A model generated the notes under the pieces. It was not told where the DNA came from, searched no databases, and saw nothing but the letters and a program-made list of their open reading frames with translations. Made by a program: the position numbers and the translations under genes. 64,000 nt of DNA from an uncultured Clostridium sp. Lineage in GTDB: Bacteria > Bacillota > Clostridia > TANB77 > CAG-508. Shown here one piece after another: positions 1 to 11,560 of this stretch; the stretch's first letter is position 1, and every line of letters begins with the position of its first letter. The stretch spans positions 317-64,316 of the forward strand of contig CAMMDS010000001.1 in the NCBI GenBank assembly GCA_946495655.1, written 5' to 3'.

Positions 1-69
1 TTTTTCGTCTGTCAAAAATCTTCTATTAATGCAGGTACTTTTTCCTCTTTATCACTTCTTTAATTAAGA

Positions 70-303
70 TTATATATCTACTAAAATCACATCTTCTCCT
101 ATGCATTTTATATTCTGCCATTGGATAACTACTTCATTTCCTCCAGAAAATATTCCCATGAATTTATTACTACCAGGAACAATTATACTTGTTATAGTTC
201 CTGTTTCAAGATCCGCACATACATCTTGAACAAAACCAAGTTTTTTTCCATCATTAATATTTATTACTTCTTTATGTTTAAAATCCATACCTTTCTGATT
301 CAT
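70..303 (-). CDS. YlmC/YmxH-like small PRC-barrel sporulation protein
   Basis: 77-aa ORF with a PRC-barrel-like sequence (GKKLGFVQDV...GTITSIIVPG). It lies downstream of sigG, as in other spore-formers. Confidence 0.55.
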   Translation of the reverse strand: MNQKGMDFKHKEVININDGKKLGFVQDVCADLETGTITSIIVPGSNKFMGIFSGGNEVVIQWQNIKCIGEDVILVDI

Positions 304-600
304 ATAATTCCTCTTAATCTTTAAATTTTTTTCATATTATATTATATATTCTTTCTATTATATATATGATACAAAAATTTAAATTAATATAATATAAGTA
401 CATCTAAAAAAATAATGCAAATAAATGGAATGGAATGTGATTTGAATATAGAAATTTTTTTAAAGATTTTGTTAGGGAATCTCGCAGACTTGTGAGGGCG
501 CTGACAAAATCTTTTTAAAAGTTCTATGAAAATCAGCTTGACCGACATTTCTTTCGTACTATTTTTTTAGATGTACTTGCTATTATTATAAAATTTCCTA

Positions 601-1374
601 CTATTTATACAATCTCTTTATATGATTTATTGCGTTTTTTTCTAATCTAGACACTTGTGCTTGTGATATTCCTATTTCTTCAGCAACTTCAATTTGAGTT
701 CTCCCTTCAAAAAACCTTTTACTTATTATCATTTTTTCCTTTTCATTAAGTTTTTTCATTGCTTCTATAATAGTTATAGTTTCTGCCCAATAGCTATCAC
801 TATTTTTTTTATCGCAAATTTGATCCTCGATATTTATATTATCTATATTATTACCATTAACAGGTTCTTGTAAAGATAAAGGTGATTGGATTGCATCCAA
901 ACTCATAATTACGTCTTCTTTGGAAACATTTAATCTTTCTGCCAGTTCATCCACTGTTGGTTCTCTATCTTTTTCTTTTGTAAATTTATCTTTTTCAACT
1001 ATTATTTTATATGCCAATTCCTTTATAGATCTACTTACTCTGATAGAATTATTATCTCTCAAATATCTTTTTACTTCCCCTATTATCATTGGTACAGCAT
1101 ATGTCGAAAACTGTACATTTTGTTCTATTTCAAAATTATCTATTGCTTTTATTAAACCCACACATCCAATTTGAAACAGATCATCCGCATTTTCTCCTTT
1201 AGAAAAAAATCTTCTTATTACACTTAATACCAATCTTAAATTTCCATTTATAAATTTTGTTCTTGCTTCATTATCTCCATTTTTTATTCTCTGCAATAGT
1301 TCTGTTTTTTCTTCATTTGATAATATAGGTAATTTTGATGTGTCAACTCCACATATCTCAACTTTATTAATCAA
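601..1374 (-). CDS. sigG: sporulation sigma factor SigG
   Basis: 257 aa. The N-terminus NKVEICGVDTSKLP, GNLRLVLSVI, FSTYAVPMIIGE.RRYLRDN and C-terminal GISQAQVSRLEK match the SigG pattern. It follows sigE in the spoIIG-type operon order. Confidence 0.88.
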   Translation of the reverse strand: MINKVEICGVDTSKLPILSNEEKTELLQRIKNGDNEARTKFINGNLRLVLSVIRRFFSKGENADDLFQIGCVGLIKAIDNFEIEQNVQFSTYAVPMIIGEVKRYLRDNNSIRVSRSIKELAYKIIVEKDKFTKEKDREPTVDELAERLNVSKEDVIMSLDAIQSPLSLQEPVNGNNIDNINIEDQICDKKNSDSYWAETITIIEAMKKLNEKEKMIISKRFFEGRTQIEVAEEIGISQAQVSRLEKNAINHIKRLYK

Positions 1375-1463
1375 GAAAAAACCTCCTCTGAAAACAATTA
1401 TGTTATTCTAATTATTTCCAAAAGAAGGATGTATATTCAAATTTTCATCGACATTTTTTTACA

Positions 1464-2207
1464 TTAGCCTGTTTTGCTCATTATTTCTTTTTTTATTTTT
1501 CCTATTATTTTTTTCTCAAGTCTAGAAATATAACTTTGAGAAATCCCCAACATATCCGCAACTTCTTTTTGCGTTTTTTCATTTCCACTTAAGAAACCAA
1601 ATCTTAGTTCCATTATATTCCTTTCTCTATTGTTTAATTTCTTTATTGATGCTCTTAACAATGTTTTATCAACCTCATCTTCAATTCTTCTAGAAGTAAC
1701 ATCTGGATCAGTTCCTAGTATATCAGAAAGAAGTAGTTCGTTTCCGTCTCCATCCTGATTTAAAGGTTCATCTATAGAAATTTCTCCTTTTATTCTATTA
1801 CTTCTTCTAAGATACATAAGTATCTCGTTTTCAATACATCTTGAAGCATATGTAGCCAATTTTATATTTTTATCTGTATTAAATGTATTTATAGCTTTCA
1901 TTAATCCTATTGTTCCAATAGATATTAAATCTTCTATTCCCACACCTGTATTTTCAAATTTTTTTGCTATATACACTACAAGTCTTAAATTTCTTTCCAC
2001 TAAAATTTTTCTTACACTTTCATCACCTTTTGATAATTTTACTAGAATTTCTTCTTCTTCATGAGATTCTAATGGTGGTGGTAAAGTTTGACTACCTCCA
2101 ATATAGTATATAGGTAAATTTTCTATTTCATCATTTCCTATATATTTTATATATAACGTATTTATACTATTTTTTAATATCTGCAAAATATTCATTATTT
2201 TTTTCAC
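1464..2207 (-). CDS. sigE: pro-sigma-E (sporulation sigma factor SigE)
   Basis: 247 aa with a pro-sequence then [50 protein letters not shown] and [12 protein letters not shown]. Confidence 0.88.
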   Translation of the reverse strand: MKKIMNILQILKNSINTLYIKYIGNDEIENLPIYYIGGSQTLPPPLESHEEEEILVKLSKGDESVRKILVERNLRLVVYIAKKFENTGVGIEDLISIGTIGLMKAINTFNTDKNIKLATYASRCIENEILMYLRRSNRIKGEISIDEPLNQDGDGNELLLSDILGTDPDVTSRRIEDEVDKTLLRASIKKLNNRERNIMELRFGFLSGNEKTQKEVADMLGISQSYISRLEKKIIGKIKKEIMSKTG

Positions 2208-3090
2208 TCCTCTCTAAAATATCTAATCCAATTAGTCCAGAATATTTTCTAGATTTACTAAAAATCTTGTCATATACACAAATAACTACATTCTCATTTA
2301 TAATTTCATCTACATCTGTTATAATTTTTACGCTATCCACTTTTATTCCGAGCATCATTCCATTTTGTTTTCCTACAGATGTAAATGGAATAATTCTTAA
2401 CTTTGTTCTATATTTAAACTGTTGCTCTTCTTCAAATTCACCTCCCAATATATTTTCTACATTGTCTAAAATGCTTCTAGGTATTAGCCCGTATAATTTT
2501 TCTTTTTCTATTAACATTACTGCTTCTCCTGTTATTGGATCTTTTAGCATATTACCAGTATCTAACATAACATTAATTTCAAGTTCTTTTTCATCGAACT
2601 TTATTATTGTTTTATATATTATTTCATTTTTTGTTATTCTTGATTTTACAATTTTAAAAGAAATGTATGTTACTATAAAACCAACAATTCCCCCAAGTAG
2701 TGCAATCTTCAAAGGATATGTTCCTATATATACACCATCTTTCATGAATATATCTTGTGGTCTTACTATATATAAAAGTGCAAAAGCACATCCTCCTAAC
2801 GCAAACGAAACCAGATAAAATACCATCAATTCTTTTATCATACCCTTTACATGCTTTGGATTATATGCAATATATATCATACAAATTGATAAAATTATTT
2901 TTGTAATAATGTTAGTATACATTGGAATTATATTTGCATATGCAAGTATTGCATAAATAGCTCCTAGCAAACTGGATATAAATATTCTTATATGTTTTCT
3001 TTTAAGTTTTAAAATATATGCTGTACTAAATAAAATGATATAATTCATACATAAATTTTCCAGCAATACTATATCAACATATATAGTCAT
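2167..3090 (-). CDS. spoIIGA: sigma-E processing aspartic peptidase SpoIIGA
   Basis: 307 aa with a polytopic N-terminal half and a soluble C-terminal half containing the DTGN motif ([11 protein letters not shown]). It sits immediately upstream of sigE. Confidence 0.8.
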   Translation of the reverse strand: MTIYVDIVLLENLCMNYIILFSTAYILKLKRKHIRIFISSLLGAIYAILAYANIIPMYTNIITKIILSICMIYIAYNPKHVKGMIKELMVFYLVSFALGGCAFALLYIVRPQDIFMKDGVYIGTYPLKIALLGGIVGFIVTYISFKIVKSRITKNEIIYKTIIKFDEKELEINVMLDTGNMLKDPITGEAVMLIEKEKLYGLIPRSILDNVENILGGEFEEEQQFKYRTKLRIIPFTSVGKQNGMMLGIKVDSVKIITDVDEIINENVVICVYDKIFSKSRKYSGLIGLDILERSEKNNEYFADIKK

Positions 3091-3164
3091 TAGATCACCT
3101 AGTTTTTTTAATTTGCTTCAAATATTGTACAACTAACAATATAAAAAAGCTGTCATTTTGTAGG

Positions 3165-3207
3165 CACGAAAAAAAGAAATAATCTACCAAATTCGATTAT
3201 TTCTTTT
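3165..3207 (-). terminator. Rho-independent terminator downstream of ftsZ
   Basis: 12-bp perfect stem (aaagaaataatc / gattatttcttt, 3173-3184 and 3195-3206) followed by a T-run on the minus strand. Confidence 0.65.
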
Positions 3208-3381
3208 GACTTTCTATTCTTTTAATGAAAAAATATAAAACTTTTCATTCTTCTTTTAATAAATTACTCAAGCTTAATTTAATAAAAGTCATATGATAAT
3301 ACAAAATAAAATATTATCTTTCCATCTTTCCTAATAAAACATAAAAGTGCGAAAAGTTTTATCTTCTTCGCACCTTGTTTT

Positions 3382-4503
3382 TTACTTATTCATTCCTCTC
3401 TTATTTCTCAAGAAAGAAGGTATATCTAAGTTATCTGCTGAATTTGAATTATCAGCTGGATTTGGAATTGAATTTATTTTTTTATCCCAAGCTTTTTCTA
3501 CTATTTCTCCAACCGGGATATTAGAATTCATTCCAGGTTCTTTTTCAAATCCTGTTGCAATAACAGTTATTACTATATCTTCATCTAAACTTTCATCTAT
3601 AACTGCACCAAATATAATATTTGCTTCTGGATCTACACTTCTTTGTACAAGTTCTGCTGCTGTATTTACTTCGTGTAATCCTAAGTTTGTACCACCTGTA
3701 ATATTAATGATAACTCCTCTTGCTCCTTCTATAGATGTTTCTAGAAGTGGACTTTGTATAGCTTGTTTTGCTGCATCTTCTGCTCTATTTTCTCCTGATG
3801 CTCTACCAATACCCATATGAGCCATACCTGTATTAAGCATTATTGTTTTTACATCTGCGAAATCTAAGTTTACCAATCCTGGAATAGCTATTAAGTCTGA
3901 TATACCTTGAACACCTTGTCTTAAAACATCATCTGCCATTTTAAATGCTTCTACTATTGATGTTTTTCTATCTATTATTTGTAGTAATTTATCGTTTGGT
4001 ATTACTACTAGTGTATCTACTTTACCTTTTAGGCTTTCTACACCACGTTCAGCTTGTGATAAACGTTTCTTTCCTTCAAATGTGAATGGTTTTGTAACAA
4101 CTCCTATTGTAAGGATTCCCATTTCTTTTGCTGTAGCTGCAACTATTGGAGCTGCTCCTGTTCCTGTTCCTCCACCCATTCCAGCTGTAACAAATACCAT
4201 ATCTGCTCCGCGTAAAGCTTCGGCTATTTCTGATTTACTTTCTTCTGCTGCTTGAGCTCCTATATCTGGATTAGCACCTGCTCCTAATCCTCTTGTTATT
4301 TTTTCTCCTATTTGTATTTTTGATGCAGCTTTTGATAAAAGTAAAGCTTGTCTATCTGTATTTACTGTTATGAATTCAACACCCTTTATTCCTGAATCCA
4401 CCATTCTATTTACTGCATTGTTTCCTGCGCCACCAATTCCTATTACTTTGATTGTAGCTGTTCCATCCATCATTGTGCTTTCGTCTGTATTATCCATGAA
4501 CAT
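3382..4503 (-). CDS. ftsZ: cell division GTPase FtsZ
   Basis: 373 aa with [17 protein letters not shown] and the tubulin signature [12 protein letters not shown]. Confidence 0.97.
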   Translation of the reverse strand: MFMDNTDESTMMDGTATIKVIGIGGAGNNAVNRMVDSGIKGVEFITVNTDRQALLLSKAASKIQIGEKITRGLGAGANPDIGAQAAEESKSEIAEALRGADMVFVTAGMGGGTGTGAAPIVAATAKEMGILTIGVVTKPFTFEGKKRLSQAERGVESLKGKVDTLVVIPNDKLLQIIDRKTSIVEAFKMADDVLRQGVQGISDLIAIPGLVNLDFADVKTIMLNTGMAHMGIGRASGENRAEDAAKQAIQSPLLETSIEGARGVIINITGGTNLGLHEVNTAAELVQRSVDPEANIIFGAVIDESLDEDIVITVIATGFEKEPGMNSNIPVGEIVEKAWDKKINSIPNPADNSNSADNLDIPSFLRNKRGMNK

Positions 4504-4549
4504 AATGCTTATCCTCCTCTAAATTTTAAAATATTAATTTTATATTTTT

Positions 4550-5776
4550 TTAAGAATAAAAAAATTCTTTAATTCTTTCTAAAATATTTTGGAAAAAGTT
4601 TTCCTTTGATTTTGAATCTATACTGCTAGATAAATTCTTAGCAAATGGTCTTGATGCAATGTATCTTACCAAAGCATATGCTGTTCTATACTCTGGTCTA
4701 ACAGTACTTATTAATCTACCTGTAGAAATCTTAACCGGAATATTTAATATTATTTTTCCTGCCACATCACTTTTATTGATACTTGTAATTCCTTGACCTG
4801 TTAAAATAACATTATTTATTCTCGGTTTAATGCCTTGTGCAGTTATGTCTTTATTTACTAATGAAAATATTTCTTCTACTCTGGCTTCAATAATTTCTAT
4901 CAATTCAGAACTTTTTATTACTCTTTTATTTTCATCTTTACATGTATTTAACAATATTTCATTATCATTATCAATAAAAGATTTTAAAGCTAATCCATAT
5001 TGACGTTTTAATCTATCAGCTTCTTCTTCTGAAATGTTTAGCACTAATGCAATATCGTTTGTAATACTATCACCACCAAGTGGTATGGTATTTGTATATG
5101 AAAAAGATAAACCTTCAAATATACCTATATCTGTATTTCCTGCACCTATATCTAGTAACATAATATTATCATTTAATTCATTTCCATCTAAGACCAAACT
5201 TCTTTCTGCAAGAGTTACTGGAACCAACCCATCAATATCTATATCTGCTCTTCTAAAAATATTAGCCAATTGTTTCATATATTCTTTACTTGCTAATACT
5301 ACTTGAGCTTTTACTATGAAATTAGAGCTTAAACTTCCTACTGGATCTTGAACAATTTTTCCATTATCAAGTATAAACTCATCTGTAACTATATCTATTA
5401 TTTGCATTCCCTCTGGTATATCAATATCTTTTACTTGAGATATTGCTGCTGCTACATCTTTGCTTGATATTCCTGCATACTTATCTTTGGCTTCTTTTGT
5501 AATACTATTTTGTACTATTGTAACATATTTACCTGGTATAGTAAGATAAGTAGAATTTATTTCCATTTCTGTTTCAGCTTCTGCTTCTTTTATCAATTTT
5601 GTTACAGCTAATACTATTTCATTTTCATCAACTATTTTACCTTTTTTTATACCACTACATTTACAACTTGTTGTACATAGGACCTCTATTTGGTTAAAAT
5701 TATTAACTTCTCCAATAACCAAGCTTACTTTCGAAGTTCCAATGTCCATTCCTACGATTATATCCCCGATAGCCAA
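4550..5776 (-). CDS. ftsA: cell division protein FtsA
   Basis: 408 aa actin-like ATPase (GMDIGTSKV..., LDIGAGNTDI) directly upstream of ftsZ. The start is an alternative (TTG) codon. Confidence 0.9.
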   Translation of the reverse strand: MAIGDIIVGMDIGTSKVSLVIGEVNNFNQIEVLCTTSCKCSGIKKGKIVDENEIVLAVTKLIKEAEAETEMEINSTYLTIPGKYVTIVQNSITKEAKDKYAGISSKDVAAAISQVKDIDIPEGMQIIDIVTDEFILDNGKIVQDPVGSLSSNFIVKAQVVLASKEYMKQLANIFRRADIDIDGLVPVTLAERSLVLDGNELNDNIMLLDIGAGNTDIGIFEGLSFSYTNTIPLGGDSITNDIALVLNISEEEADRLKRQYGLALKSFIDNDNEILLNTCKDENKRVIKSSELIEIIEARVEEIFSLVNKDITAQGIKPRINNVILTGQGITSINKSDVAGKIILNIPVKISTGRLISTVRPEYRTAYALVRYIASRPFAKNLSSSIDSKSKENFFQNILERIKEFFYS

Positions 5777-5852
5777 GACTCATTCCTCCATTTTTTTCTG
5801 CTCTTATTTGTTCATTAGAATATTACATTTTAAAAAAAATGTCAATAGAATT

Positions 5853-5885
5853 TGTAATATTTTTGTAATATTTTTGTAATATTTT
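5853..5885. repeat. 11-bp direct repeat x3 (gtaatattttt) upstream of ftsA
   Basis: Three perfect tandem 11-nt units read directly from the sequence. They abut a TTGACA -35-like hexamer on the minus strand. Confidence 0.8.
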
Positions 5886-5924
5886 TGACATATTAGTCTA
5901 AAATTATATTATCCGTAACTTTTT

Positions 5925-6311
5925 CTAATTTTTCACTTTATCTTCTACTGTTTTTTTATCTTTTGTTTTATTTTTACTGAATTTTTCTATATAATATCTT
6001 CTTATAATAGCCAGATTGTTAAACATTCTACCAACAAACACTACAATTGCTGCTAAATATATATCTACATTCAATTTTTGTCCTAGATATGTTAATAATA
6101 TCGAAAGAATAGCATTACCAAAAAAACCTGTAACGAATATTTTTAAATCAAAATTTTTGTTTAATGTTGATGCAATTCCTCCGAATACAGAATCTAATGC
6201 TGCAATAATTGCTATTGCTAAATATCCTGAATATGTATATGAAATCATTGGCATATTAATTCCAATTAATGCTCCTATAACGCATCCTAGTATTATTGCT
6301 ATAAAAATCAT
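5925..6311 (-). CDS. small basic membrane protein (Sbp/DUF1290-like)
   Basis: 128 aa with a hydrophobic body and a basic tail. Its position between the DUF881 genes and ftsA is conserved in Firmicutes dcw clusters. Confidence 0.55.
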   Translation of the reverse strand: MIFIAIILGCVIGALIGINMPMISYTYSGYLAIAIIAALDSVFGGIASTLNKNFDLKIFVTGFFGNAILSILLTYLGQKLNVDIYLAAIVVFVGRMFNNLAIIRRYYIEKFSKNKTKDKKTVEDKVKN

Positions 6312-6365
6312 ATTCTACCTCCACAAATATATTTTATAATTTTATCTTATTATTTTACATTTTTC

Positions 6366-7082
6366 TTATTCGCTAACTTTCTCTTGCATGTAATTCACTT
6401 CAAATTCTCCATTATATTTTGGTATTCTAACTCTATTGCTTTGTTCCATAGAAATACTCATTCCATAATTTTTATAAATATCTATAAATCCGCTTCCTTT
6501 TAAATTTAAAATACTAGATAAATACTCTTTATCACCTATGGCTTTTATTACATATGGTGATTCCAATCTTTGCTGATTTACTGAAATATATGATGATAAA
6601 TCTACTATTGCTGTTGTAGGAAGTACCCTTACTTCATTTATACATATAGCTTCTGCTCCTGCGTATCTTAACTCATTTATTAGCATTAATAAATCTTGTG
6701 AATATATTTGATATGTATCTGTATTATTTATAGTAATTACAACACCTTCTCCATATACATCCGTTTTTCCTACTAAAATATTGGATTCATTTAAATCTTC
6801 ATCTACTAATCCAGATGCTTCTTCATTATCATCTATTCTTTTATTATATTCTTCAATTCTAAGGTTTACGTCTTCTAATTGAGCAGACACTTCCTCATAT
6901 CTTGTTTTCCAATCTGCTAAAGCCACTCTTAGTTCAGATTCTCTCATATTCTCAATTTCTGTTATATCTGTTTGCTCTACTGTCCTAAATTGCATAAGCA
7001 TAACACTAACAAGTACAATACATACAATAAAAACTACAATTGTTACTGCTGTAATATCAGCCCTAATTTTTAACTTTTTCAC
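6366..7082 (-). CDS. DUF881-family division-associated protein
   Basis: 238 aa with an N-terminal TM, a coiled coil and a C-terminal NELRYAGAEAI.IN motif. It is a paralogue of the next gene. Confidence 0.6.
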   Translation of the reverse strand: MKKLKIRADITAVTIVVFIVCIVLVSVMLMQFRTVEQTDITEIENMRESELRVALADWKTRYEEVSAQLEDVNLRIEEYNKRIDDNEEASGLVDEDLNESNILVGKTDVYGEGVVITINNTDTYQIYSQDLLMLINELRYAGAEAICINEVRVLPTTAIVDLSSYISVNQQRLESPYVIKAIGDKEYLSSILNLKGSGFIDIYKNYGMSISMEQSNRVRIPKYNGEFEVNYMQEKVSE

Positions 7083-7097
7083 TAGTCTTCCCTCTCT

Positions 7098-7856
7098 TTA
7101 CTTATCTTCTTTAAGGTATTCCGATGTTATTATTCCTGAATATTTTGGAATTGTAATATTATCTACTTTCGTTATGTTAGCTATATTTCCACCATCTTTA
7201 ATTATATCCAAATATGAACCTACTCTTGATAATGCTCCATATAGCAAACTCTGTGAACCTATCGCTCTTATATAAAATGGTGAACCTATTATTTCTCCAT
7301 TAATTTTTATTATATTGCCTTCACATGTTATAGCAGAAGTCCCTATAATTCTTTGTCCATTTATTTCAATTGCTTCTGCTCCTGCATTATTAAGTTCATT
7401 TACAATCAAAATCAAATCTGAATAATGTATAACAGCTTTATTTATATCTAATATGTTATCAGCTGAAGTGGCATCTTGTAAAAGTATTTCTACTCCATCA
7501 CCAACTACATCAGTATTACCTAATATCATATTATTTTCTTTTAGCTCTTGTTGTTTTGCTTCGGCTGCACTATCATTTTGTGTTGCTGATTGTCTAACTT
7601 TTTCAAGTTCTACTTGTGCATCTTCTAATTCTTGATATGTATTATCATATTTTTCTTTCATTCTCAAAACTTCATCTCTTAGCCCATTATCTGACAAAGT
7701 TTGTGAAACTGTTGAACTAGCCGCACTCATTGTTCTTAGCTGAACACATATTGCAATAGTTAGCAAGAAACACATTATTCCCAAAGTAATTGCAATTTGT
7801 TTTTTCTTCAAATATATCTCCTCCTTAAACTTTTTCTCTAAAGTATGGTCTATCAT
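7098..7856 (-). CDS. DUF881-family division-associated protein
   Basis: 252 aa with the same architecture (NELNNAGAEAIEINGQRI). Confidence 0.6.
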   Translation of the reverse strand: MIDHTLEKKFKEEIYLKKKQIAITLGIMCFLLTIAICVQLRTMSAASSTVSQTLSDNGLRDEVLRMKEKYDNTYQELEDAQVELEKVRQSATQNDSAAEAKQQELKENNMILGNTDVVGDGVEILLQDATSADNILDINKAVIHYSDLILIVNELNNAGAEAIEINGQRIIGTSAITCEGNIIKINGEIIGSPFYIRAIGSQSLLYGALSRVGSYLDIIKDGGNIANITKVDNITIPKYSGIITSEYLKEDK

Positions 7857-9009
7857 TATTAAGATCTACATTTAAATATATAGTTCCTTCATTCTTTTCT
7901 TCTTCCTGCATGAATTTATTAATCCATAGAACTTTTGTACTTAAATTTGTAGTATCTCCTAAATATATTTTTTTCTTTGCTTTTCCTAAAGTTAATATAT
8001 AGTTTGAGTTATCTGTTATATCTATCTGTGTAATCTGACTGTCTATTTTGTTTCCTCCACTTGAAATAGCTTCCATAATTTTTAATACATCATTTAATTT
8101 TTCTAAATCTGTTGTACTAAGTCTATTTCCTTCAACAATTTGTTCAGTAGGCGTTTCATAACCTGTAATTGTTGGGAAATCACCTTTTTCGCTTGTTATT
8201 TCCAAAATGTATCCTTGGTTATTAAGATATACATAAGCATTTCCATATGTTAACATATATGTTGCAACTTTTTCTTTTACACTTAATTCTACTTGATCTG
8301 GAAATTTTCTTTTGACATCTACTGTGTCTATGTATGCATTTTGTTTTATTCCATCTATTACATCGCTTGTCCTAAAACTAAATATGTTTTGGTCTATTAT
8401 CAAACCTGATAAGCTTACAATTGTTTCAGAAGAAATTTTAGAATTACCATTAACAGTTATTCCTTGGATATTGAAAATCGGTGATAACATTGCATATACT
8501 ATTCCTCCTATAACTATACCAAGTAAAATTAACCATTTAATAACTCTAAAAATAATCTTTCTTTTCTTTTTTGATTTTATTTGTTTCTTCTTATTATTTT
8601 TATAGTTTTTATTTGTAGTTTTCTTGTTTTTATTTAGTTTTGCTTTGTTTTGTTTATTCTTGAGTTCAGCATCTTCTTCATTATTCTCATAGTTACTCAT
8701 ATATTTAGATTTTATAATAATATTTGAATCATCAAAACTATTTTCTTTTATATTTTTGTTTTTTACCTTTACATTATCTTTAGCAGTTTGCTTATTTTTC
8801 TTATTATTCTTTTTATTATTTTTTTTCTTTTTAGTAGCTTTTTCTTGTAATTTATTAGCTGGCTCGTCAATTCTTTTTAAACCTATTACTATCTCATCGT
8901 CAAAGCTAAACTTATCATCTTTTGTTTTTCTTTCTACAACTACATTTCTATTTGTTTTTTTCTTTGACTTACTACTTTTATTAAGTTTTTCATTAGTCGC
9001 TCTTGGCAT
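7825..9009 (-). CDS. divIB: FtsQ/DivIB-like cell division protein with Lys/Asn-rich N-terminal extension
   Basis: 394 aa with a low-complexity basic N-terminus, a single TM, then a POTRA-like region (IQGITVNGNSKISSETI). It sits between murA and the DUF881 genes. Confidence 0.6.
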   Translation of the reverse strand: MPRATNEKLNKSSKSKKKTNRNVVVERKTKDDKFSFDDEIVIGLKRIDEPANKLQEKATKKKKNNKKNNKKNKQTAKDNVKVKNKNIKENSFDDSNIIIKSKYMSNYENNEEDAELKNKQNKAKLNKNKKTTNKNYKNNKKKQIKSKKKRKIIFRVIKWLILLGIVIGGIVYAMLSPIFNIQGITVNGNSKISSETIVSLSGLIIDQNIFSFRTSDVIDGIKQNAYIDTVDVKRKFPDQVELSVKEKVATYMLTYGNAYVYLNNQGYILEITSEKGDFPTITGYETPTEQIVEGNRLSTTDLEKLNDVLKIMEAISSGGNKIDSQITQIDITDNSNYILTLGKAKKKIYLGDTTNLSTKVLWINKFMQEEEKNEGTIYLNVDLNNDRPYFREKV

Positions 9010-9918
9010 TTATTCACCTTCTTTTAAAGTTATATTCGCACCTATCTTTCTTAATTTCTTGTCTAATCCTTCATAGCCTCTTAATATATATTCAATATTT
9101 GTTATTTCTGTTTTTCCTCTCGCAATAAGTCCTGCTACCACTAAAGCAGCTCCTCCTCTTAAGTCTGTACTAACTACTTTTGCACCTGATAATTTTCTTA
9201 CACCTTTTATTATTGCAGTTTTTCCCTCTATAGTTATTTTAGCTCCCATTTTCTTTAGCTCTGACATGAATTTGTACCTGTTTTCAAAAATATTTTCTAT
9301 AACTACAGACGTTCCTTTTGCTACTGTAAGCATACTAGCAAAAACTGATTGCATATCAGTAGGAAAACCTGGATAAGGCATTGTTTTAATATCTACTGCC
9401 TTTAATTTTTTTGGTGCTTCTAAATATATTTCATTCTTACCTTTGGTAATTTTACATCCAGATTCTTCTAATTTAGCTATTACAGGATTAATATTTTCTG
9501 TTATAACATTCTTCAAGTTGACTTTTCCCCCTGTAGCTGCCACCATACAAAGTAGACTACCTGCTTCTATTCTATCAGGCATAATATTATAACTAATATC
9601 CTTTAATTTTTTTACTCCTGTTATTTTAATATTACTTGTTCCGGCTCCTTCAATCTTAGCACCCATTTTATTCAAGCAGTTAGACAAATCAACAATTTCT
9701 GGTTCCATAGCAGCATTTGTGATATTAGTCACTCCTTCTGCATATACAGATGCTAAAATAATATTTTCCGTTGCTCCAACACTTGGAAAATCCAAGTCTA
9801 TATTTGCCCCTATTATTTTATCACATTTGCATATAATAAATCCAGCATTTTCCACAATATTTATACCTAATTTTTCAAAACTTTTTAAATGTAAGTCAAT
9901 TGGTCTTGCTCCAATATC
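9010..9918 (-). pseudogene. murA: murA 3' fragment (UDP-N-acetylglucosamine 1-carboxyvinyltransferase, from the active-site motif to the C-terminus)
   Basis: The frame read upstream of the tracked ORF gives TGGCDIGARPIDLHLKSFEKLGINIVENAGF..., i.e. MurA from its GGC(x)IGARP.DLH motif onward. There is no N-terminal part here. Confidence 0.85.
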
Positions 9919-11560
9919 ACATCCACCTGTTTGTGATAGTTTGTGGATACATGAATTTCAAATGGAATGCTAAGCCTCCATTTTCATAGAGTTCTTTGTA
10001 CATTTCATCATTTAGGTTATATTCTTCTTTTTGCTCTTTTGTTATTTCTTTTGGATCAAATACTACAATTTTATCAAATAGTCTTGATAGTTCTTCTTTT
10101 GTTAGTCCGTTTTTTTTGATGTCATTTATTGCTTTGAAGATTAAATCTTCTTTATCTTCTAATTTGTTTAATGTATTAAACTTGTTTTCAATTTCTTCTA
10201 GTTTTTCTTTCTCGTTTTTTAACTTCTTTTCTAATTCTTGTTTTTTGTCTTTATATATAAATTCTGGAATTAATTCATTTAGTTTATCTTCATATACTTG
10301 TTTGAATTGTTTTTCTAATTTTTCTATCATTTGCTTATGCTTATTTATGTCTTTTTCTAAAGTAACTTTATTTGTATTAATTGCTTTTACATTGTTCATT
10401 ACAAAATCTTTAAATTCTGGATTACTAATTAAATTATCAATATACGCATTTACGATTTGGTCTAAATACTCAATCCTAATTCTATGAGGTTTACAACCAT
10501 AATCTGGTCTTATATCTTTTATAGTACCTTCATTGCTATATTTTTTACATAAATAACTATCGGGTCTTTTTCTTGTACCACTTGTTCCTTTTCTTTTATA
10601 CATTGCAGTTCCACATCTTCCACAATACAAAAGTCCTGAGTATAAATTGTTTTCTACATCTACAAACTTGAAACCATTATTATATTTATCACTTTCTTTT
10701 TTTCTTTTCTTCCTAATTTTCTGTACTTTTTTAAATAGTTCTTTATCAATAATTGGTTCATGATGTTTTTCTATTATTGTCCATTCTGACTTATCTTTTA
10801 CTCTTGTTTTTTTAGATTTAAAACTTACTTTTTCAGTATGTCCCCCTACATAATCTCCAATATATCTTCTATCATCTAATATTCTTACTATATGCTGTGC
10901 TTTCCAATTTGCAGTTTGTTTTGCATTTGTAAAGTTCCTGCTTTGAGATGGTGTTGGTATTCCTTTTTTATTTAGATATGTTGCAATCTTTTGATACCCC
11001 CAATCTTTAGAATATAATTCAAATATTTCTTTTACAGTAGAAGCTGTTTCCTCATTTATTATTAACTTTTTTCCATCTTTGTTATAACCATAAATTGCTT
11101 TCACTAATAATTCCCCTTCCTCTATTTTGTGTTTAAGGTTTCTCCTTATATTCTTGCTATCATCTCTTGCTCTTCTCTCATTAAACCACGCATATAGTCC
11201 AAACATCTCTTCATTGTATTGTTCATCTTCAAATATGATTTCTACACCTTGTTCTTCTAAGTATTCTACAAAGTCTAATGCCTCTTTTTGATTTCTTCCA
11301 AGTCTTGCAGAGTTTTTAAAAACGATTACATCTATTTCTTTATTTTTGGCTCTTTCTTTTATATCATCAAATCTACTAAAGTCTGTACCACTTTTGTCAT
11401 CATCCATTATAATGTCAACTATATTTGTATATCCATGACCTTTACAATATTTTATAAGTAAATCTCTTTGGGTTTCTATTCTTTCATAATTTTCACCATA
11501 GTCATCTCTACTTTCTCTTGCATATATAACAGTATTTTTTTCTTCATTTGATTTCTTCAT
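9917..11560 (-). CDS. large serine recombinase (resolvase/invertase N-domain + recombinase/zinc-ribbon + coiled coil)
   Basis: 547 aa. The N-terminus VIYARESRDD...RIETQ is resolvase-like, followed by a CGRCG...C..Y zinc-ribbon region and a long coiled-coil tail. Confidence 0.85.
   Translation of the reverse strand: MKKSNEEKNTVIYARESRDDYGENYERIETQRDLLIKYCKGHGYTNIVDIIMDDDKSGTDFSRFDDIKERAKNKEIDVIVFKNSARLGRNQKEALDFVEYLEEQGVEIIFEDEQYNEEMFGLYAWFNERRARDDSKNIRRNLKHKIEEGELLVKAIYGYNKDGKKLIINEETASTVKEIFELYSKDWGYQKIATYLNKKGIPTPSQSRNFTNAKQTANWKAQHIVRILDDRRYIGDYVGGHTEKVSFKSKKTRVKDKSEWTIIEKHHEPIIDKELFKKVQKIRKKRKKESDKYNNGFKFVDVENNLYSGLLYCGRCGTAMYKRKGTSGTRKRPDSYLCKKYSNEGTIKDIRPDYGCKPHRIRIEYLDQIVNAYIDNLISNPEFKDFVMNNVKAINTNKVTLEKDINKHKQMIEKLEKQFKQVYEDKLNELIPEFIYKDKKQELEKKLKNEKEKLEEIENKFNTLNKLEDKEDLIFKAINDIKKNGLTKEELSRLFDKIVVFDPKEITKEQKEEYNLNDEMYKELYENGGLAFHLKFMYPQTITNRWM

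Noticed and set aside
2267-2818. Plus-strand ORFs antisense to real minus-strand genes. Examples are 2267..2818, 3347..3820, 5034..5306, 8756..9076, 9996..10487, 14102..14596, 16736..17080, 45815..46216 and 59469..59861.
   Set aside because: All are Ser/Phe/Leu/Ile-rich and low-complexity, lack an RBS, and lie fully opposite well-supported genes. This is the typical antisense-frame artefact of AT-rich coding DNA.
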